From contig JBBDYJ010000028.1 in the NCBI GenBank assembly GCA_040901675.1, forward strand, positions 53,525 to 117,524: 64,000 nucleotides of DNA, read 5' to 3'. The position numbers were made by a program, and so were the translations under genes. The stretch's first letter is position 1. Each line of letters opens with the position of its first letter. Below the pieces are notes generated by a model, which did no database searches, was not told the DNA's origin, and saw nothing but the letters and a program-made list of their open reading frames with translations. Below, in pieces: positions 57,380 to 64,000 of this stretch. This stretch comes from Pirellulales bacterium (GTDB taxonomy: Bacteria > Planctomycetota > Planctomycetia > Pirellulales > JAICIG01).

Positions 57380-58504
57380 TCAGCCGTCGAGATCGTACAT
57401 GCGGTACGTCTTGTATCGCTTGGCTCCGCCTTTCTCCAGGCCCAGCCGCGCCAGGTCATTGTCTTCGGAGACCCAGGAGAACTCCACCTCCTGGACGCCG
57501 ATGTCGAGCGCCTTGGGAACCAGGTTCCGCAACAGCACCAGGCCCAGGCCCCAACGCTGGTACGCGGGCACCACGGCGATGCTGATCACGCGCATCCGCG
57601 TCATGTCCTTGCGGTGGGCCAGCAGCTTCAGAAAGCCGAACGGGAACAGCCGGCCGTTGATCTCCTTGATCCGCGGGTTGTAATCGGGCAATCCGATCAC
57701 GGTGCCCACTCCCTGGCCGTCCACCTCGGCGAACAACGTCAGCTCGGGGATCAACAAGTATCGCAGCGACGACGCCAGCTTTTTCATTTCATCGGGGGGC
57801 AGCGGCACAAAGCCCCACATGGCGACCAGCGAGCGGTTGTAGAGGTCGAGAAACAGCTCGACGTCTTCCATGAAACGCGCCGAGTCGAGCGGCCGGATGA
57901 TGGCATTCGATCGTTCCTGCGCTTGTTCGGCCAGCGGGCCGAGCTGCCCGTCGACTTGGGGCAACTGGTCGCGATAGCCGATGTAGGCAAAGAGGTCGTG
58001 CGTCTTCCGGAAGCCGTATTCTTCCACCAGGCGGACGTAATAGGGCGGATTGTAGGTCATCATGAACATGGGCGGGCTGTCGAAGCCTTCCACCAACAAG
58101 CCGCACTCGTAGTTCATCGACGGGTTCGCCGGGCCCCGGATCTGCTGCATGTCGCGCTCGGCGAGCCACTGCCGGGCGGTATCGAACAGGGCGTTCGAGA
58201 CGGCGCCGTCGTCGATCGACTCGAAGAAGCCGAAGAAGCCCCGCCGCTCGTTGAACACCCGGTTGTGTTCGTGATTGACGATGGCCGCGATCCGCCCGCA
58301 GACCTGGCCCCGCCGCAAGGCCAGGAATGTCTGTACCTCGGCGTTCTGATGAAAGGGATGAGGCCGGTAACCCAGCAATTCCCGCTGGTTCTGCCTCAGG
58401 GGAGGCATCCAGTTCGGGTCTTCGTGATATAGTTGCCAGGCGAAGTCGATGAAGCGCCGGCGGTCGCGCCACGAGCTTACCGGCTTGATCACAACGTCGG
58501 TCAT
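57380..58504 (-). CDS. GNAT/YghO-like N-acyltransferase
   Basis: DPNWMPPL, GRIAA, GFFGFFES, MMTYNPPYY, VVPAYQRWGLG, SWVSEDN, KTYRMY. Confidence 0.85.
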   Translation of the reverse strand: MTDVVIKPVSSWRDRRRFIDFAWQLYHEDPNWMPPLRQNQRELLGYRPHPFHQNAEVQTFLALRRGQVCGRIAAIVNHEHNRVFNERRGFFGFFESIDDGAVSNALFDTARQWLAERDMQQIRGPANPSMNYECGLLVEGFDSPPMFMMTYNPPYYVRLVEEYGFRKTHDLFAYIGYRDQLPQVDGQLGPLAEQAQERSNAIIRPLDSARFMEDVELFLDLYNRSLVAMWGFVPLPPDEMKKLASSLRYLLIPELTLFAEVDGQGVGTVIGLPDYNPRIKEINGRLFPFGFLKLLAHRKDMTRMRVISIAVVPAYQRWGLGLVLLRNLVPKALDIGVQEVEFSWVSEDNDLARLGLEKGGAKRYKTYRMYDLDG

Positions 58505-58653
58505 GCAGCGAGTAGTCAACTCGATCCTCCACCGCGGCGCATGCAAACCTACGAGTGTACCCTCGCTTTTCCTGGAGGGTCAATTCCCGGCCCGCAGAAA
58601 TGGATGGCGTGCAGCCGCTTTCACGCATTGCACGGTTTCCGACGGCGGACGAG

Positions 58654-59208
58654 TCACGAAACGGCCAGGCGGGCGACCGAGTATTTCCAGCGCACCGTGC
58701 GCGGCCCTGCTCCTGTCGCTGAGGGTGGCCGCACCTCCAGCAAAACCCCGCTCGAGGGCAGCGGGCGGGGCTCGTGCAGCGTCACTTCGGACAGCTCGCC
58801 GAGGGTCTCGCACGGCTCGAACCGCCAGGCACGATGCCACTGGCTGGACGCCGGCTGGGCCAGCAGCCTGTAGCGGCTCCCCAGCCAGGCCGGCTCTTGC
58901 CCCAGCCGGCAAGCCGCGTCGAATGTCAGCCGGGCCGCCAGCGGATCGAGCGCGACGCTGAGCGACCAGTGGCTCCGCCCCGCCATGCCGACGAGCAGGG
59001 CCAACCAACCGCCCCGGGCCTCTCGCTCGATCTGGATCTCCTTCAACGGGGGACTGGGCGGCCATGCATCGCCGGGCGTGCCTTCGATCGACTCCAGCAC
59101 CACCAGGCCGGCCTCGTCGGTCAGCTCGATGCGGTGTGCGTAGCGGTCCGCCGCTTTATCGAAGACGACGCGCACGCCGCCGCCGCCGATTGCCTGCTCG
59201 CGGCTCAC
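58654..59208 (-). CDS. Hypothetical protein
   Basis: DRYAHRI...LESIEG...WPPSPPL...LVGMAGRSHWSLSV; GTG start inferred. Confidence 0.6.
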   Translation of the reverse strand: MSREQAIGGGGVRVVFDKAADRYAHRIELTDEAGLVVLESIEGTPGDAWPPSPPLKEIQIEREARGGWLALLVGMAGRSHWSLSVALDPLAARLTFDAACRLGQEPAWLGSRYRLLAQPASSQWHRAWRFEPCETLGELSEVTLHEPRPLPSSGVLLEVRPPSATGAGPRTVRWKYSVARLAVS

Positions 59209-59308
59209 CTCGAAGGGCTCCGCGGCGCAAACCGATTCTTCGTCCGCCGCGCCGGGCAACGGCTGCGCACGGCGGCACGCGAAGCTCTCGAGCCGCTCGA
59301 TGGCCGGT

Positions 59309-60419
59309 TCATGCGGCGGTCACTTCCTTACCCACCCGCCACCGCAGGAAGGCGTCGAGGAAACCTTGCAGGTTGCCGTCGAGCACGCTCTGAAAACTGC
59401 CCACCATGTAGCCGGTCCGCGCATCCTTGACCCGCTGGTCGGGGTGCAGGAAATAGTTGCGTATCTGCGAACCGAAGCCGGTCTTGGCCTGCGCCTGGTA
59501 CTTGGCCGCCTGCTGCGCCTCGCGTTTCTCCTCCTCGATGCGGGCCAGACGCGACTGGAGCATCTTCAGCGCCATGGCCCGGTTCTTGTGCTGGCTCCGC
59601 TCGTTCTGGCACTGCACCACGATGCCCGTCGGCAGGTGCGTCAGCCGGATGGCGCTGGAAGTCTTGTTCACGTGCTGGCCGCCGGCCCCGCTGGCGCGGA
59701 AGACGTCCTCGCGGATGTCTTCGTCGCGGATTTCGATCTCGGCGCTGTCGGCGATCTCAGGCGAGACGTCGACCGCGGCAAAACTCGTCTGCCGCTTCCC
59801 CTCGGCATTGAACGGGCTGATACGCACCAGCCGGTGCATGCCCGTCTCCCCCTTCAGATACCCGTAGGCCATCGGCCCCCGCACGACAATCGTGGCGCTG
59901 GCGATGCCCGCTTCGTCGTTGTCCTGCCGGTCCAGCAGCTCGGTCTCGTAGCCGTTCTTCTGCGCCCACTGGATGTACATCCGCAGCAGCATCTCGGCCC
60001 AGTCGTTGGCGTCCACGCCGCCGTCGCGGGCATTGATCGAGAGGATGGCGGCGTTGGCGTCGTGCGGCCCGTTCAACAAGGCCTTGAGCTCCAGCTCGTC
60101 CAACAACGCTTCCAGTCGATCGAGCTCACCAGGCAGCTCGGCCGCGATTTCCGCGTCTTCGTCGGCCATTTCCAGCATCGCCCCCAGATCCTCGGCCGAT
60201 TGAACGAGCTCGCTCATCGGCTTCAGCAAGGTCCCCAAGGCCTTCAACTCGGCCACGGTCGCCTGGGCCCGTTCCTGGTTGTCCCAGAAACCGGGCTGCC
60301 CCATCTGGTTTTCGATGCTCTTGCCGCGCTGCCGCTTGGCATCAAAGTCAAAGAGAGTCCCGTAGTTGCGTAATCCGCTCCTGGATGGCCGCGGCCCGAT
60401 CGCTCAACTCTCTGTCCAT
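59309..60419 (-). CDS. prfB: Peptide chain release factor 2 with programmed +1 frameshift
   Basis: 23 codons, then CTT-TGA-C at 60353-60347; the +1 frame continues DFDAK... with SPF and GGQ motifs. Confidence 0.96.
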
Positions 60420-60436
60420 GGGGATCCTCCAAAAAA

Positions 60437-60493
60437 AACGGAATGAATTCCGTTCTACTTCTTCCGAACAAACGGAATGAAATTCCGTTCTAC
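60437..60493 (-). repeat. Two GTAG-type REP copies (family B) upstream of prfB
   Basis: Reverse complement GTAGAACGGAATT(T)CATTCCGTT x2. Confidence 0.8.
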
Positions 60494-60667
60494 GGCCAAA
60501 TTATACCAGCCCGGCCGGCGTCCGGCAGGCCCGATTTTAGTCGAGACTGCGGGCCGTGGCCGACTTTAGGCAAACCGCCTGTTTGTTCAAGCCGGTCGGG
60601 CCACGGTGCCGATACGTTCGATACCACCTGCACTACCGGCACCTTTTAACCTAACGGACCCTTACAC

Positions 60668-63319
60668 ATGCATGGGCTATTGCGTCGAATAGGGGACCTG
60701 GTTAAGGGCGGCTGCCAACCGCGCGACGTGGCGCTGGCCGTCGCGCTTGGTCTGCTGGCCGGTTTTGCCACGGGCTGGAACCTGACCGGCGTGGCCCTGC
60801 TGGCCGCGGCGGCACTCTTGAATGTCCATGGCAGGACCTTCGCCCTGGCGTGGGCCGCCGGCATGTCTGCATCCTGGCTGCTCACTCCCGTAACGTGGCG
60901 AGTCGGGCAGTGGCTGCTGGACGGCTCCCCCTTGGGAGGCCTTGTTTCCATTCTCGGCGACGGCCCCGTCCCCGCGATGCTCGGCTGGGACCGTTATACG
61001 CTGGTCGGCGGAATTGCGCTGGGACTGTTGTTGAGCCTGCCGGCTTCGCGAAAGACGGCCCGCTTGATCCGGGCACTGGGCGGCGCAACGCAAAGGCATT
61101 CCGGCAGCCCCACGGACGAGTTGTCGCTGGGCCAGCGGTTGGCGGCACAGATGTGGTTGGGGGGCGAAGTCGATTGCCTGCCGCCCCCGACCGGTGCGAA
61201 ACCTCGCCTGCTGCGACCATACGGCTGGGCCATGTGCCTGGTGCTCCTGCTTTTCGCGGGATGGCTGCCTTTTGTGATCGTTCCCCGCGTTGCCGCCCGT
61301 GCAATCCTGGCCGAACTGACGCAACTCAATGGCGCCCAGGTGACCGCGGGCCGCGTCGAGTTGTCTGTTTTCAACGGCCGGCTCGCCGTCGACGAACTGG
61401 CCATGGCCGATCCGGACCGCCTCGATCACGACCGCCTGCAGGTGGGCCGCCTGACGGGACAACTCGACAGCGGCCAACTGCTGCGGGGCAGGCTGCACGT
61501 CCAGCATATCCGGCTGGAACAAATCCGCTGCGACGTGGCTCGGCGGCAGGCGGCGCAGCGAATCCGCGTCCGGCCGGCGATCGACGACCAAGAGGCCAGC
61601 GGCACGCTTGTGCCGGCCCAACCGCACGACCTGCCGCTGGATGCCTATCTGGCCGGTTGGAGCGATATCCAAGTCCAGCTCGGCTGGCTGGGCCGATTGG
61701 TCCAGGCCGCCGAGACCCTGGCCAACGTCGAACAACCACTCCGCCCGGCACGAGGCGTTGCCGCGCGGCGTACGGCGTCGCGGCCGGCACGCAGCGAGCT
61801 GGGGCGGCCGCAACCGCGCTTGCTCATCGAACGGCTGCGGGCCGAAGACCTGGCGGCCTTTGAGCTGGGGGGCAAGTCGATGCTCAAGCTGTCGCAACTG
61901 TCGAGTAGGCCGGCCGGCGCCGCGGGGATCACGCGCGTGCAGATCGTAGCTCCCGAGCTGCGGACCGAAGTGTTCGCGGATCTCCGCCTTCACGAGCCGG
62001 AAGCCCGGCACGCCGCCGGTTTTCGTGCCTATGATCTGCCGCTGGCCGAGCTGGTCGACCGCGACCAGGCCGGCCGTGTCGTGGTCGTGCGGGGGGGCAC
62101 TGTCAACCTCGACGGCGACGGCTGGATGACCTCGGCCGGGCTGGAGCTGGCTGTCCGCGTCGAAGCCCGGCAACTTGATACCCCCGTGCTCAGCCAGCTT
62201 CCGCTGGTACACCTCGACCCAGTGGTCTGGGACGAAGGACTGCACCGCCTGGGCGAGCTTCGAGCGGAAGCCCGGCTGGCCGGTCCCTGGAGCACGCCCC
62301 GGCTGTCGGCCGACAGCAGCAAGCTGTTGGACCAGTTCAAGCATCAACTACGGGCCGCCGGCGAGCACCAACTCGTCCAGGCGGTCGATGCGGCCTCGCG
62401 GGCCCGCGCGACCGGCGGCGGGCCATCGATCGCCGGGCAGCCGCGGGGCAGCCAGGCTCGGCCCAACCCCAACGGGTTTTATGTGATCAGCGACGACGCG
62501 CACGACGGCCCGGCCGCCTCGGCGACCGGCGCGCCTGGCCGCCGTCCACCTTTGCCAGACGAGGTTGGCGGCAGGTATCCTGCAACCGGCGAACGCCGCG
62601 AGCATCCGCTGCGAGCCGGCGAAACGGTCGGGCTGGCCCGCAACGCACCGGCCGGCTCTCCGCCGATCCGCTATCCCGAGACCGACGCTTCGCGCTACGC
62701 ATCCCACACGAGCGGCGGCACGAGCGACGCCTCCGCCAACGCCGTCGCTCCCGAAAAACGTCCGGCGGCCGAGCCGCCGCAGAACCCCGCGGCGCCATCT
62801 TCGCCCTACTCCAATTGGGCGCGGCGGCCCCAGCTCAATTCGGCGACCGCCGCCGCCGGGCAGCGCCGGCCGGACGAGGCGGGCGGCACACGGCAAGGAC
62901 CTGCTGCTGCCGGATCGGGGTTCCGCCATCCCGGCTTGCCGGCAACTGACGCTCATTCGACCAAGGCCGACGCCACACCGGCCGCAGCCCAGCGGCGCGC
63001 GAGCTGGTTCGACGAAGACTCGCTGGAGGATATCAAGGCCGCATCCGCCGAGCGGCAGCCAAACCGTTTCGTGCGTTGGTCGCGAGACATGCGTGCCAAG
63101 GCAAGCCGATTCTTTTCGCGAGAGCGGACTGACGAGTCTTTTGAAGGCCAATTCGCACCTGAGCCAGGCGAGCAATTCGCCCGCCGCCCAGCGCCGGCGG
63201 CGCCGCAACGCTACCAGCGCGACGTCGACCAGTTCCGCTCGCAACCCCCCGCGGAAGAAGAGGACGAGGAGTTGCCGTATACGGCGCGCGAGCCCTGGTA
63301 CAAGCGGATGTGGCGGTAG
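60668..63319 (+). CDS. DUF2062/TIGR03546-like membrane domain + AsmA-like region + low-complexity C-terminus
   Basis: PRDVALAVALGLLAGF...; GAQVTAGRVELSVFNGRLAVDELAMADP; Pro/Ala/Arg-rich tail. Confidence 0.7.
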   Translation: MHGLLRRIGDLVKGGCQPRDVALAVALGLLAGFATGWNLTGVALLAAAALLNVHGRTFALAWAAGMSASWLLTPVTWRVGQWLLDGSPLGGLVSILGDGPVPAMLGWDRYTLVGGIALGLLLSLPASRKTARLIRALGGATQRHSGSPTDELSLGQRLAAQMWLGGEVDCLPPPTGAKPRLLRPYGWAMCLVLLLFAGWLPFVIVPRVAARAILAELTQLNGAQVTAGRVELSVFNGRLAVDELAMADPDRLDHDRLQVGRLTGQLDSGQLLRGRLHVQHIRLEQIRCDVARRQAAQRIRVRPAIDDQEASGTLVPAQPHDLPLDAYLAGWSDIQVQLGWLGRLVQAAETLANVEQPLRPARGVAARRTASRPARSELGRPQPRLLIERLRAEDLAAFELGGKSMLKLSQLSSRPAGAAGITRVQIVAPELRTEVFADLRLHEPEARHAAGFRAYDLPLAELVDRDQAGRVVVVRGGTVNLDGDGWMTSAGLELAVRVEARQLDTPVLSQLPLVHLDPVVWDEGLHRLGELRAEARLAGPWSTPRLSADSSKLLDQFKHQLRAAGEHQLVQAVDAASRARATGGGPSIAGQPRGSQARPNPNGFYVISDDAHDGPAASATGAPGRRPPLPDEVGGRYPATGERREHPLRAGETVGLARNAPAGSPPIRYPETDASRYASHTSGGTSDASANAVAPEKRPAAEPPQNPAAPSSPYSNWARRPQLNSATAAAGQRRPDEAGGTRQGPAAAGSGFRHPGLPATDAHSTKADATPAAAQRRASWFDEDSLEDIKAASAERQPNRFVRWSRDMRAKASRFFSRERTDESFEGQFAPEPGEQFARRPAPAAPQRYQRDVDQFRSQPPAEEEDEELPYTAREPWYKRMWR

Positions 63320-63362
63320 AGGGCAGGGAAGGGGGGAAGGGGGGAGCGGGGGAAGGGGGGGA
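63320..63362. repeat. Purine-rich G-run tandem repeat
   Basis: gggcagggaaggggggaaggggggagcgggggaaggggggg. Confidence 0.8.
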
Positions 63363-63695
63363 CGGAAGAACGGCAAGGGGACGAGCGGTGACGACAGCGT
63401 TGCCGTTTAGCTTCTTCCGCCCTCGGCCTTCTGCCTTCTAATCTAGCCGTGCGCCGATTCGGTCCCAACGGATCGGGCCCGCAGGCCCTGGGCGCACGTT
63501 GTTGCCGCCCCAGAGCCCGGTTAAACTCGCGGTTATGACACCGCGGCAGTCGGCAGTGCCCATCGCGGCTCGCTGCTGGACGGCGCGCCTCTTGCTGGCG
63601 CGTCGGGTTGGTGTGGCCGCCCGAGTGCCGTAGCGGCGGCGGACGAAGGCCGGGACGGCCGCGCTCCGCGTTTCCCACTTCCCAACGATAGAACT

Positions 63696-63926
63696 ATGGA
63701 ACTCGATACGGACAAGATTGACGACGCCGTCCTGGCGCTTTTGTTCCTCGGGCTGCACAACGGAGCGCGGGCCTGGAAGGGCTTCGACTGGGAAGCCATG
63801 CATCGATTGCACGAGCAGGGCTATATTTCCGATCCTCGCGGCAAGGCCAAATCGGTCGTCTTCACGGAGGAAGGCTTCGATCGAGCCGAGCGCCTGCTTG
63901 AAGAGCTCTTCGGGAAAGACGGCTGA
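63696..63926 (+). CDS. DUF6429-like small protein
   Basis: IDDAVLALL...RAWKGFDW..MHRLHEQGYISDPRGKAKSVVFTEEG. Confidence 0.8.
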   Translation: MELDTDKIDDAVLALLFLGLHNGARAWKGFDWEAMHRLHEQGYISDPRGKAKSVVFTEEGFDRAERLLEELFGKDG

Positions 63927-64000
63927 ATGCTGCCGCTGGCTGTGCCGCCCTTACAGATGGAACGGTTGATGTCAATAGGCGTCGGGCGTGATGACGCCCA

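Overview
GC-rich bacterial window, very probably Planctomycetota: it has PSD1/DUF1549-DUF1553 + DUF1501 genes, a BlaI/M56 pair, a LE-x-R-x-xL-type export signal and a CsrA-REC fusion. Positions 1-25 kb are accessory DNA anchored on a tRNA-Pro(TGG) whose 3' end recurs twice downstream (6769, 9421), which suggests tandem islands. Island 1 holds a decayed type I restriction-modification locus and an intact, translationally coupled OLD-nuclease + UvrD + PD-(D/E)XK-like operon, i.e. a Gabija-like pair with a third gene. Island 2 and its flanks carry at least five attC-like integron cassette sites but no integrase in the window. The rest of the accessory region has toxin-antitoxin modules and many truncated stress genes. 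Positions 25-64 kb are mostly core-like genes: surface proteins, an S9 peptidase, a PSD1/DUF1501 pair, sugar and glycosyltransferase genes, ribD, tal, a catalytically altered FabF, a desaturase and a frameshifted prfB. They are interspersed with GTAG-type REP elements and a PIN toxin-antitoxin module bracketed by a ~205-bp direct repeat. All family calls come from motif recognition by eye; no searches were run.
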